Position numbers and translations under genes: made by a program
Shown: piece after piece, positions 37,357 to 46,012 of the stretch
Position numbering within the stretch: position 1 is the stretch's first letter
Layout of the letters: each line of letters opens with the position of its first letter
The notes under the pieces: generated by a model
Databases searched by the model: none
What the model saw: the letters and a program-made list of their open reading frames with translations, nothing else
What the model was told of the DNA's origin: nothing
Assembly (NCBI GenBank): GCA_045595895.1
Contig: JAZOBJ010000012.1
Location: forward strand, 1-58,812
Origin: Candidatus Alloscybalousia sp.
GTDB lineage: Bacteria > Bacillota_I > Bacilli_A > RF39 > UBA660
Direction of reading: 5' to 3'
Length of the DNA: 58,812 nt

Positions 37357-38691
37357 ATGAAAAATATTGTTATATTGCCAGCAGATACTTATGTTGTAGT
37401 AAATAAAACAGTAATTAAAGATTTAGATCGTAAATTAATAACGATGCTTTATCAACCAATTATTGGTTATAGCGCTACCTCACTATATTTTACCTTAGTA
37501 GATGATTTAGATAAAAGGGAATTAATGAGTGAAGATTTAACCCATCATCATTTAATGAGCACAATGCAATTAAAATTAGATGATATAGTAATAGCTAGAA
37601 AAAAATTAGAAGCAGTGGGACTCTTAAAAACATATTTTAAAAAAGACCATGTTAATAATTATGTCTATTTATTATATTCACCAATGTCAGCTAGTGAATT
37701 TTTAAACCATCCAGTATTAAATATCGTTTTATATAATAACTTAGGTAAAAAAGAATATGATCGAATCGTTGATTTCTTTAAAGTACCAAAAGTTAATTTA
37801 AAAGATTATGAAGATATTAGTTCTAACTTTAGTAGTGTATTCACATCAGTTAGTGGTAATGTTTTAATAGAAAATGAAAATATCCAAAAAGAAAATACAA
37901 ATAAAATTAATCTAGCTAATAAAATTGATTTTAATATGTTAATAGCTAGTATCCCAACTAGTATGGTATCATCACGATGTTTTAATGATGATACTAAAGA
38001 TTTGATTAATGCTTTAGCTTTTACCTATGATATTGATAACTTAAATATGCAAGGATTAGTTAGAAATAGTATTAATGAAAAAGGTTTAATTGATAAGACT
38101 GAACTTAGAAAGAATTGCCGTAATTTCTATCAGTTTGAAAATGATGGTAGACTACCAACATTTGTATATAGTAAACAACCCGATTATTTAAAAACACCTC
38201 AAGGTGATAATAGTAAATGGGCTAAAATGGTTTATACTTTTGAAACAGTTAATCCATATGATTTCCTAAGAAGTAAATATAAAACAGGTGAGCCCTCACT
38301 TAGAGATTTAAAAATAATAGAAAGTTTATTAGTAGATCAAAAAATGACACCAGGAGTAGTAAATGTATTAATAGCTTATGTTTTGAAAATTAATAATCAG
38401 AAACTATCAAAAAACTACATTGATACTATTGCTGGTCAATGGAAAAGATTAAATATTGAAACTGTAGAAGAAGCTATGCGTATTAGTGAAAAAGAACATA
38501 AAAAGTTAAAGAAACAGTTTGAAAATAAAACTACTAAGCAAACAACTACATATACTCCTAAAACCAAGAAACAAGAAGAGTTACCAGACTGGTTTAATAA
38601 AGAACTAAAAAATCAAGAAATGACGGAAGAAGATATGAAAGAATTAGATGATATTCTAAATTCAATTGATCAAAAAATATCGTCAATATAG
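37357..38691 (+). CDS. dnaB: Replication initiation and membrane attachment protein DnaB (Firmicute helicase co-loader, DnaD-like domains)
   Basis: The N-terminus has LITMLYQPIIGYSATSLYFTL. The C-terminal DnaD-like region is PGVVNVLIAYVLKINNQKLSKNYIDTIAGQWKRLNIETVEEAM. The dnaI-Tbox-thrS context matches B. subtilis. Confidence 0.8.
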   Translation: MKNIVILPADTYVVVNKTVIKDLDRKLITMLYQPIIGYSATSLYFTLVDDLDKRELMSEDLTHHHLMSTMQLKLDDIVIARKKLEAVGLLKTYFKKDHVNNYVYLLYSPMSASEFLNHPVLNIVLYNNLGKKEYDRIVDFFKVPKVNLKDYEDISSNFSSVFTSVSGNVLIENENIQKENTNKINLANKIDFNMLIASIPTSMVSSRCFNDDTKDLINALAFTYDIDNLNMQGLVRNSINEKGLIDKTELRKNCRNFYQFENDGRLPTFVYSKQPDYLKTPQGDNSKWAKMVYTFETVNPYDFLRSKYKTGEPSLRDLKIIESLLVDQKMTPGVVNVLIAYVLKINNQKLSKNYIDTIAGQWKRLNIETVEEAMRISEKEHKKLKKQFENKTTKQTTTYTPKTKKQEELPDWFNKELKNQEMTEEDMKELDDILNSIDQKISSI

Positions 38692-38697
38692 TGTAAG

Positions 38698-38722
38698 GCA
38701 AGTTGAAAAAACTTGCTTTTTT
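38698..38722 (+). terminator. Intrinsic terminator after dnaB (copy 1 of a duplicated element)
   Basis: GCAAGTT-gaaaa-AACTTGC is followed by TTTTTT. The 18-nt core is identical to that at 39745-39762. Confidence 0.7.
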
Positions 38723-38736
38723 AGTATTTTTTTTTA

Positions 38737-38764
38737 TTGACTTATATTAAATTAATATTATAAT
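38737..38764 (+). promoter_or_regulatory. SigA-type promoter for the 313-aa ORF
   Basis: TTGACT-16 nt-TATAAT. Confidence 0.5.
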
Positions 38765-38788
38765 AATGACACAAGAGGTGTTAATAAA

Positions 38789-39730
38789 ATGGGACAAAAT
38801 GGTTATATGGATGTTTACGCAAAGACATTATTAAATGAAATAAAAAGTAGAATAAGACGAAATAGAGTAAAATTGTCTGGTGAAAATGAACGTGAAACAG
38901 ATATCAAAATGGTAGAAATAATAAAAGGTTTGTGTGTTGATAACAATGGAAAATGTATATCAAAAAATCTATCTTTCAGAAGTGAAGAAGATGAAGAAAG
39001 AGTTTTTTGTACACTGATGCTGTATTATGTAGCGTTGTATAACGATAATATTTCTCTTTTAAATGAATTGTTAGAAAAAGGTTATGTTTTCGGTAATAAA
39101 AGATATGATTTAAAATTGTTTGCACTAGACAAAAGAATTTCATCACAGTTTGATAAAAAAGCGTATTTTGAATTGCTTGATAATCAAAGCTTCTTATTTA
39201 GAACTTTTTATTACAGTTTAGATAGCAGTGCAGACGTAACCGATGAAGAAAGTATAAATAGTTTTTGTAGTATACTAAATAAAGATCCAAAAGTAGCATT
39301 TAGTGAAGAAAAGAATTTTAAAGATGAAAATACTATTTACGCTCTATTAACAAAAGAAACATTGGCTTATTTTGGTGAAGAAGTTATTTTGAATGCTACA
39401 GAAAAACAAAAAAAAGATATTATTAGTTCGGTGCCATTGCATATGTTAGATAGTGCTGAAATTATTAGAATAATTAATCTTATGAGAGATCATAATTTGT
39501 CACTTAGATTAGGTAGATTATCTAAAGAAATACTAAAAGAGTTTTCAGATGATGAATTAATAAAAATTAATGGGCACAAAGAGGATTTACTTCGTAAATA
39601 TTATGATTTCGACACTGGTGAAATTGATTTTGAATCAATACGAAAAATAATCACTGCTCCTTCTGTTCAATTGCAGGAGACAAAAACTAATAAGAAAAAA
39701 ATTCTATGTTTATTTAGGAAAAATAAATAA
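38789..39730 (+). CDS. Hypothetical helical protein (313 aa)
   Basis: The RBS is AGAGGTG. I recognise no motif and no TM helix. The gene is bracketed by the duplicated terminator. Confidence 0.5.
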   Translation: MGQNGYMDVYAKTLLNEIKSRIRRNRVKLSGENERETDIKMVEIIKGLCVDNNGKCISKNLSFRSEEDEERVFCTLMLYYVALYNDNISLLNELLEKGYVFGNKRYDLKLFALDKRISSQFDKKAYFELLDNQSFLFRTFYYSLDSSADVTDEESINSFCSILNKDPKVAFSEEKNFKDENTIYALLTKETLAYFGEEVILNATEKQKKDIISSVPLHMLDSAEIIRIINLMRDHNLSLRLGRLSKEILKEFSDDELIKINGHKEDLLRKYYDFDTGEIDFESIRKIITAPSVQLQETKTNKKKILCLFRKNK

Positions 39731-39744
39731 TTACGTTTTAATAA

Positions 39745-39770
39745 GCAAGTTGAAAAAACTTGTTTTTTTT
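39745..39770 (+). terminator. Intrinsic terminator (copy 2 of the duplicated element)
   Basis: GCAAGTT-gaaaa-AACTTG is followed by a T-run of 8, then an extended -10 element TGtTATAAT. Confidence 0.65.
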
Positions 39771-39820
39771 TATGTTTTGTGTTATAATAAGCGCCAATAA
39801 ATGAAAAGGGGGAATCATTT

Positions 39821-40357
39821 ATGACAAAGAAACAAGTAAGAGGACACATTATATCTATTATTAGTGTTTCGTTATTTTTAATTCTTGCAACAACATTTAT
39901 CTATATACCAAAACAAGCAAGCTTAATGTCATCATTTGCCTTCCTACAAAACGTACAAAACTTTTATATGAAAGAATTAACTAGTGGTATCTTAATGCAC
40001 GATGCTATACCAACTAAAGATGAAAAAGCTAAAAATAATACACCATATACGTTCCAAGTAGTTAATAATTCAGATAAAGACATTACTTACCAAATTATTT
40101 TTAAAAATAATGAAGAAAAAGCTAAAGCTAAGGGTATGGAAGTTTTACCAAATCGTTATTTAAGATATAGTTTAATAAGCAATAATAATGAAATAGTAAA
40201 ACCAAGTACTTTAACTGATGATGGAGTTTTATATGAAACTACTATTAAAGCAAACAGTACTGAAACATTTGATTTTAGAATGTGGTTAAGCTATTACGCT
40301 GATAATGGTGCTATGAATAAAATATTTATTGGTAAAATAGAAATTCAAGAAATATAA
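39821..40357 (+). CDS. Signal-anchored beta-rich protein, paralog of 34548..35177
   Basis: An N-terminal TM helix is followed by GILMHDAIPTKDEKAK, YTFQVVN and FDFRMWL...GKIEIQE, which align with the protein downstream of pilD. Confidence 0.5.
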   Translation: MTKKQVRGHIISIISVSLFLILATTFIYIPKQASLMSSFAFLQNVQNFYMKELTSGILMHDAIPTKDEKAKNNTPYTFQVVNNSDKDITYQIIFKNNEEKAKAKGMEVLPNRYLRYSLISNNNEIVKPSTLTDDGVLYETTIKANSTETFDFRMWLSYYADNGAMNKIFIGKIEIQEI

Positions 40358-40388
40358 TAATATTTAATTGTTTAAAGACGGTGAAACT

Positions 40389-41747
40389 ATGAAAAAAATC
40401 TATAACGAAATAATAAATGGTAATATTAATCTTATTGAACAATTAAATTATTATGATATAAATGAGTTGTTAGAATATATTAAAAATAGTGAAAATAGAA
40501 AAGATATATTAAACAAATTAATACCAATATTTATAAAGAATAATAATTGGCATCAGCTTCACTATGAAATATTTAAATTAATATGTACAGAAAAAGAATT
40601 TAAAGAATATACTTTTTATTTACTTCATAATGAACACGTAAAAATTATAGAATTTCAACCAACAGAGTTTAAAAACATCCTAGAACATACAACATGGGGA
40701 ATAGACTATATTTTAGACAATTTACATAAATGTTTAGATGATCCTAAAATATATGAAATGGTAAATTTCTTAACAGAACACGTTATAACAAATAATAAAA
40801 AATATTATAATAAACTTAAAGAAATAATTTTTGGTTTAAAAGACCATGAATTAATAGATAATTTTATCGCAATATCTATTGATAGTTATCAAGAATTAAA
40901 TAGTAACGATATATTATCTAGTTTATATGAAGATCCTGAAGATTATTATTATCAACAACAAACATTACCTTTTTGTAAAAAAGAAACTAAAATGGCACTT
41001 TCACAAATACCAACACATTTAAAACATTATATTAAAAATAATGAAAGTATTAAACAACTATTATTAGAAAATTTTGAAACGTTTTTAAAAGCCGAAAAAA
41101 AAGAAAAAATGAGTTTTATAGAATCATTATATAATGATCTTCCACAAGAAATTAAAGATAAATATAAAAATATCTATCAACTATATAAAAGTTATCCTGT
41201 TTATTTTGTAGATAAATACATAACAGATATAATGAATCATAATGGAACTAACTTTTTATTAAAATATTTAAAAGATAAAGAAATAATGTATTTAGATACA
41301 GGTAGTACAACTACAGCATTTAAAATAGGTAATGAGGTTTTAAAATTTACTAGACATAAACATGAAGTTAACACAGAAAAAGATATGTTTTTATTAGCAA
41401 AAACATTAACTAAAAATGTATATGATATTGATAAAATTCCAATTTTAATAATAGAAATTCAAAAATATCTAGGAAAAACTCATAATGGCAAAGTAATGAC
41501 TAAACAAGATATCGAAAACTTCCTAAATGAATTGGATAAACAAGGCTATGAAGTTACCGATCCAAATTGTTTAAATAGAGATTGCTGTAATTTTGGTTTT
41601 CTAGGAGATTACAAAGAGGCTAATATAATAAATTATAATTCACATGAAGAATTACCGGAATGGTTCAAAGAAAGACCTATAGTTTTATATGATATAGATT
41701 TAATTTATAAAAAAGATAGTAAAATAAAAAGAAAGTTTATAAGATAA
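40389..41747 (+). CDS. Hypothetical two-domain protein: helical N-terminal region plus a C-terminal protein-kinase-like region (tentative)
   Basis: The C-terminal roughly 170 aa contain LDTGSTTTAFKIGNEVLKF (Gly-loop/Lys-like), TDPNCLN (D-x4-N) and LYDIDLI. The start is moved to ATG 40389, behind GACGGTGA. Confidence 0.4.
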   Translation: MKKIYNEIINGNINLIEQLNYYDINELLEYIKNSENRKDILNKLIPIFIKNNNWHQLHYEIFKLICTEKEFKEYTFYLLHNEHVKIIEFQPTEFKNILEHTTWGIDYILDNLHKCLDDPKIYEMVNFLTEHVITNNKKYYNKLKEIIFGLKDHELIDNFIAISIDSYQELNSNDILSSLYEDPEDYYYQQQTLPFCKKETKMALSQIPTHLKHYIKNNESIKQLLLENFETFLKAEKKEKMSFIESLYNDLPQEIKDKYKNIYQLYKSYPVYFVDKYITDIMNHNGTNFLLKYLKDKEIMYLDTGSTTTAFKIGNEVLKFTRHKHEVNTEKDMFLLAKTLTKNVYDIDKIPILIIEIQKYLGKTHNGKVMTKQDIENFLNELDKQGYEVTDPNCLNRDCCNFGFLGDYKEANIINYNSHEELPEWFKERPIVLYDIDLIYKKDSKIKRKFIR

Positions 41748-41830
41748 TGAATAATTGTTATTCTTTATCTTTTTCTTTTGCTTGATAAACTATTTAAAAT
41801 TTAATAAAATATAACTATAGAGGTGGTACT

Positions 41831-42745
41831 ATGAAAAGTATTAAAGATTTAATAAAACTATCTAGTGAAGAAGTTAATATTCTAAAACAAAATTATATTA
41901 AAAAATTAGATAATCGTGATTTTTCTGAACTTGTAAATATTTTAAATACCAGTGATGATATTTTAATGCAGTATACTTCACAACTAGAAGACTCAAGTCT
42001 AGAATTTCATAACTGTAAGGGATGTAAAGGACTAACAGAATGTAAAAATAAAATAAAAGGTTACATGTATACACCAAAAGTAGAACATGATAAAATTATT
42101 TTCAGTTATGTAGCGTGTAACTACCAACAGAAAAAAGACCATGATACTAAATATCAAGAAAACGTATATCTTTTTGAAGTTCCTAAAAAAGTAAAAGAAG
42201 CTTCGCTAAAAGATTTATATAAAAATGATAAAAATAGAGTGGAATTTATGAAATATGTTAAAACTTTTATTGAAGGACTGACTAATAAAAACAATCCAAA
42301 AGGTATATATTTACATGGAAGTTATGGAACAGGTAAAACATATTTAATAGCTGCATTATTTAATGAACTTGCTAAAAAAAATATCAAGAGTGCTATAATT
42401 TATGTGCCTGAATTCTTAAGAGTATTAAAATCATCTTTTGGAACTGACTTTGAGGAGAAATATGATTATATTAAAAGAGTTCCATTATTATTATTAGACG
42501 ATATTGGTGCAGAGTATTTAACGCCATGGGCAAGAGATGAAATTATTGGAACAATTCTTCAATATCGAATGGATGAAGATTTGCCAACTTTCTTTACCTC
42601 AAACATGAATTTAAAACAGCTAGAAGAACATTTTAGTATGACTTCAAACGGTAAAGAAGAAGTAAAAGCAAGACGTATGATAGAAAGAATTAGAGACTTA
42701 ACTAATGAGTTTGAATTAGTAGGTGAAAGTAATAGAAGAAAATAA
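41831..42745 (+). CDS. dnaI: Primosomal helicase loader DnaI
   Basis: It has the N-terminal Zn module CKGCKGLTEC, Walker A GSYGTGKT and Walker B LLLLDDIG. Its own TTGATA-17-TAAAAT promoter-like element lies at 41782-41810. Confidence 0.85.
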   Translation: MKSIKDLIKLSSEEVNILKQNYIKKLDNRDFSELVNILNTSDDILMQYTSQLEDSSLEFHNCKGCKGLTECKNKIKGYMYTPKVEHDKIIFSYVACNYQQKKDHDTKYQENVYLFEVPKKVKEASLKDLYKNDKNRVEFMKYVKTFIEGLTNKNNPKGIYLHGSYGTGKTYLIAALFNELAKKNIKSAIIYVPEFLRVLKSSFGTDFEEKYDYIKRVPLLLLDDIGAEYLTPWARDEIIGTILQYRMDEDLPTFFTSNMNLKQLEEHFSMTSNGKEEVKARRMIERIRDLTNEFELVGESNRRK

Positions 42746-42780
42746 TAGTGTCTACTATTAATATCTCTAAAGTAAAGATA

Positions 42781-42809
42781 TTGACAAAAAACTAAAAAAG
42801 TCATATTAT
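42781..42809 (+). promoter_or_regulatory. SigA-type promoter of the T-box leader
   Basis: TTGACA-17 nt-TATTAT. Confidence 0.6.
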
Positions 42810-42829
42810 TATATTAAGTTTTTTAAAAA

Positions 42830-43036
42830 CATTAATAAGAGACGAGATTTTTATAGAAGTTTTATAGAGAGTCTAAGTTTGGTGGAATTAGATAAATGAA
42901 TATAAAAGTTACTACTCTTTAGTTGGACCTTAATAGGATTCCCGGACACTAGTTCGTTATTTAAATCAAGTAAGCAAGGATGGTACCGTGCTAAGCACTC
43001 CTGTCATAAATTATTATGATAGGAGTTTTTCTTTTT
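42830..43036 (+). promoter_or_regulatory. T-box riboswitch leader, threonine specifier (ACU)
   Basis: Elements found: AG bulge AGAGAG (42866-71), distal loop GGTGGAA (42881-87), candidate specifier ACT followed by A (42911-14), T-box sequence AAGGATGGTACCGTG (42976-90), and terminator ACTCCTGTCATA...TATGATAGGAGT plus a T-run (about 42997-43036). Confidence 0.8.
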
Positions 43037-43048
43037 GGGGGAGTATGT

Positions 43049-43555
43049 ATGAAAAAAAGAAAATCATATTTTGAAAGTTTTCCTACTAGTAGTTTGTTTG
43101 CAGTGCTAGAACACAATAATAAAGAATTACTAGAATTAGAAATAAAAAAACTAACGAAATCAACTCCATTACTTAAGGAAAGAACTAGACAATTAGAATT
43201 AGTGATAGCAGTAATTAAAAACGTAATTATTGAAAGATATTTACAAGATAATATATCATTAACTGAAATAGCCAGAAAAGTAGTTAAAGAAAGAGGAATC
43301 AAACAAGATGTCTATAGAGAACTATTAACTCTTAGAATAATAAACTCGGAAGAATTCATTTCAGTAGAACTTTTAGAACAGGCAATCGATAAATTAGAAC
43401 TTAATCAAATAATGATGATAATAAGATCTAAAGGAGACACTATTTATGGTAAAACAGCTACTAAGCACTATGATGAAATGATATTTGATGTTGATGAAGA
43501 AGTATACAAAGAGTACATAAATAAAAGAATAATGGATGGTAAAAGAAAGGATTGA
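43049..43555 (+). CDS. Hypothetical helical protein (168 aa) between the T-box terminator and thrS
   Basis: The RBS is GGGGGAG. The stop lies 5 nt before the thrS ATG. I recognise no motif. The start is moved to ATG 43049. Confidence 0.5.
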   Translation: MKKRKSYFESFPTSSLFAVLEHNNKELLELEIKKLTKSTPLLKERTRQLELVIAVIKNVIIERYLQDNISLTEIARKVVKERGIKQDVYRELLTLRIINSEEFISVELLEQAIDKLELNQIMMIIRSKGDTIYGKTATKHYDEMIFDVDEEVYKEYINKRIMDGKRKD

Positions 43556-43560
43556 TTAAA

Positions 43561-45330
43561 ATGATAAATATTAAAGAAAATGAAAGATTAAACAAGCTAA
43601 ATCATAGTTGTGCCCATCTTTTAGCACAGGCTATAAAACATTTATATCCAAATGCTAAATTTTGGGTAGGACCAGTAATAGAAGAAGGTTTTTATTATGA
43701 CATAGATTTAGGTGATGAAGTAATTAAAGAGGAAGACCTAGAAAAAATTTCTAAAGAAATGAAAAAATGCGCTAAAGATGGTAAAAACATAGTAAGACAT
43801 GAACTTTCTAAAGAGGAAGCTAAGGAAATGTTTAAAGATGACATGTATAAAATGGATTTAATTGATAGAATGGATGAAAATGAAGTAACTATCACTTGTT
43901 TCACTCAAGGAGATTTTACAGACCTTTGTCGTGGACCACATGTAGATAATACTAAAGAATTAAAATATTTTAGTTTATTAAAAGTTAGTGGTGCATACTG
44001 GAAAGGTGATGCAAAAAATAAAATGCTTCAGAGAATTTATGGTGTTTGTTATGATGAAGAAGAAGATTTGAATGAACACCTAAGATTAATTGAAGAAGCA
44101 AAACAAAGAGACCATAGAAAAATTGGTAAAGATTTAGATATTTTTATGTCTCATGACTTAGTAGGTAAAGGTATGCCACTATGGTTGCCAAATGGTGCAG
44201 TAATTAGAAAAAACTTAGAGAACTATATTTATGAAAAAGAAAGAAAAATGGGATATCATCATGTATATACACCATGTGTAGGTACAGTAGATTTATATCA
44301 AACTTCAGGACACTGGGACCATTATAAAGAAAATATGTTTCCTTCAATGAAAGTAGAAGAAGAAGAATTTGTACTTCGACCTATGAACTGTCCACACCAT
44401 ATGTTAGTTTATGGTAATGACTTACACTCATATCGTGACTTGCCAATTAGAATTGGTGAATTTGCAACAGACTTTAGATATGAAGCATCAGGTGCAGTTA
44501 AAGGATTAGAAAGAGTACGTTGTATGTGTCAAAATGATGCACACCTTTTCGTAACTCCAGAGCAAATTGGTGAAGAATTTAAAAAAGTTGTATCTTTAAT
44601 TCTAGATGTATATAAAGATTTTGGTATTGAAAATTATAGTTTTAGATTATCACTTCGTGACCCTGAAGATAAAGAAAAGTATTTCGATGATGATAAAATG
44701 TGGAATGAAGCAGAATCTAAACTTCGTGATGTATTAAATGAGTTAGATGTTGAATATTATGAGGCAATAGGTGAAGCAGCCTTCTATGGACCAAAATTAG
44801 ATGTTGAAGTTAAACCAGCAGTAGGTAATGAAGTAACACTTTCAACTTGCCAATTGGATTTCTTATTACCTAGAAGATTTGATTTAAGTTATATTGACAA
44901 TGAAGGTAATAAACAAGTGCCAGTAGTATTACATAGAGCTATATTTGGTACGTTCGATAGATTTACTGCATTTATCATTGAAGAAACAAAAGGATGCTTC
45001 CCAACTTGGTTAGCACCTACTCAAGTAAACATTATTCCAGTAAATAATGAATTTCATTTAGAATATGCAAGTGAAGTTAAGAAATTATTAAGTGATAATG
45101 GTATTAGAGTAGAGTTAGATGATCGTAATGAAAAAATGGGATACAAAATGAGAGAAAGTAGAATGAAGAAAATACCATTCACTTTAATCCTAGGAAACAA
45201 CGAACGTGATAATAAAACTATTAGTTATCGTATTCACGGAACAGAAGAAACTAAGACATTATCACAAGAAGAATTTGTTTCATATCTAAACAATGTAATT
45301 GAAAATAAAACATTAAATAAAAACTTATAA
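43561..45330 (+). CDS. thrS: Threonine--tRNA ligase lacking the N-terminal TGS domain
   Basis: The protein starts directly at the editing-domain HSCAHLLAQAIK. Class II motifs FVLRPMNCPHH, RVRCMCQNDAHLF and AAFYGPKLD are present, followed by an anticodon-binding C-terminus. Confidence 0.95.
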   Translation: MINIKENERLNKLNHSCAHLLAQAIKHLYPNAKFWVGPVIEEGFYYDIDLGDEVIKEEDLEKISKEMKKCAKDGKNIVRHELSKEEAKEMFKDDMYKMDLIDRMDENEVTITCFTQGDFTDLCRGPHVDNTKELKYFSLLKVSGAYWKGDAKNKMLQRIYGVCYDEEEDLNEHLRLIEEAKQRDHRKIGKDLDIFMSHDLVGKGMPLWLPNGAVIRKNLENYIYEKERKMGYHHVYTPCVGTVDLYQTSGHWDHYKENMFPSMKVEEEEFVLRPMNCPHHMLVYGNDLHSYRDLPIRIGEFATDFRYEASGAVKGLERVRCMCQNDAHLFVTPEQIGEEFKKVVSLILDVYKDFGIENYSFRLSLRDPEDKEKYFDDDKMWNEAESKLRDVLNELDVEYYEAIGEAAFYGPKLDVEVKPAVGNEVTLSTCQLDFLLPRRFDLSYIDNEGNKQVPVVLHRAIFGTFDRFTAFIIEETKGCFPTWLAPTQVNIIPVNNEFHLEYASEVKKLLSDNGIRVELDDRNEKMGYKMRESRMKKIPFTLILGNNERDNKTISYRIHGTEETKTLSQEEFVSYLNNVIENKTLNKNL

Positions 45331-45344
45331 AAAATAATAAAAGA

Positions 45345-45376
45345 AAGAGTACTGCAGAAGCAGTACTCTTATTTTG
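45345..45376. terminator. Bidirectional terminator between thrS and the convergent ORF
   Basis: AAGAGTACTGC-agaa-GCAGTACTCTT has A/T-rich flanks. Confidence 0.7.
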
Positions 45377-45854
45377 TTTGTTGTTTTCTTTCTTCAATCA
45401 ATTTATCTAAATATTCATAATAATCTTTAATACGATAAAAACTATTTAAAATATTATAATCATCGTCAACATCAACTACATCGATAAAAGAAACATTATT
45501 GTTTTCAAAACTAATAAATTCATCTTTCTTATTTAATAAAAACTGTATTTGTGCATCAGTAATACTGCTTGGGGAAGCAATTGCAAAACTTGGTACATTA
45601 TCATTAGAATTATTAACTATAACTAAAATTCCGGCCTTAGCAAACACATCCAGCTGATTATGAAAATGGATACTATCACTAATAACATAGGGTACACCTA
45701 AATTTTGAAACCAATCAGTATCATAAACATACTCTCTAAAAGCCGAATCATGTTTAAAACTAGGATCATTATCATCACGAAGTTTAATGGGTGCCCATTT
45801 TCCAAAACTCATATAGTTACCATTTTGATCTACTATAATTCCTAATTCTTTCAT
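45369..45854 (-). CDS. Hypothetical protein (161 aa)
   Basis: The ORF has no TM helix and no motif I recognise. It is convergent with thrS and divergent from mraZ. Confidence 0.45.
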   Translation of the reverse strand: MKELGIIVDQNGNYMSFGKWAPIKLRDDNDPSFKHDSAFREYVYDTDWFQNLGVPYVISDSIHFHNQLDVFAKAGILVIVNNSNDNVPSFAIASPSSITDAQIQFLLNKKDEFISFENNNVSFIDVVDVDDDYNILNSFYRIKDYYEYLDKLIEERKQQTK

Positions 45855-46012
45855 ATTAACATCTTCTTTCTAACTACATAATATCATTTTAAAGGCATAA
45901 TAATATAGGTAAAAATTAAAATTTACACAAGTTTACATGTATATATGTAAAAAATAAATAAATTTTTATTTCTACTAGAATTTATATATAAAATAGTGTA
46001 TTATGATAATAA

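Noticed and set aside
37357-42745. The idea that the dnaB-like and dnaI-like genes are a prophage or plasmid replication module (a DnaD-domain protein plus a DnaC/IstB-like ATPase).
   Set aside because: The downstream T-box-thrS matches the B. subtilis chromosomal dnaB-dnaI-thrS synteny. No integrase, repressor, terminase or structural genes are nearby, and the DnaI N-terminal Zn module is typical of the chromosomal loader.
39667-43904. Track ORFs 39667..39849(-), 42559..42804(-), 42991..43302(-) and 43695..43904(-).
   Set aside because: They overlap a terminator and promoter region, the dnaI 3' end plus the T-box promoter, the T-box terminator plus the 168-aa ORF, and thrS respectively. None has an RBS, and all conflict with better-supported features.
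45921-45950. An AT-rich direct repeat TTTACA (x2) and inverted repeat TTTACAT-n6-ATGTAAA in the divergent region upstream of mraZ, considered as an operator.
   Set aside because: Short AT-only palindromes are expected by chance at this base composition, and no cognate regulator is evident. It is noted only as context under the MraZ box finding.
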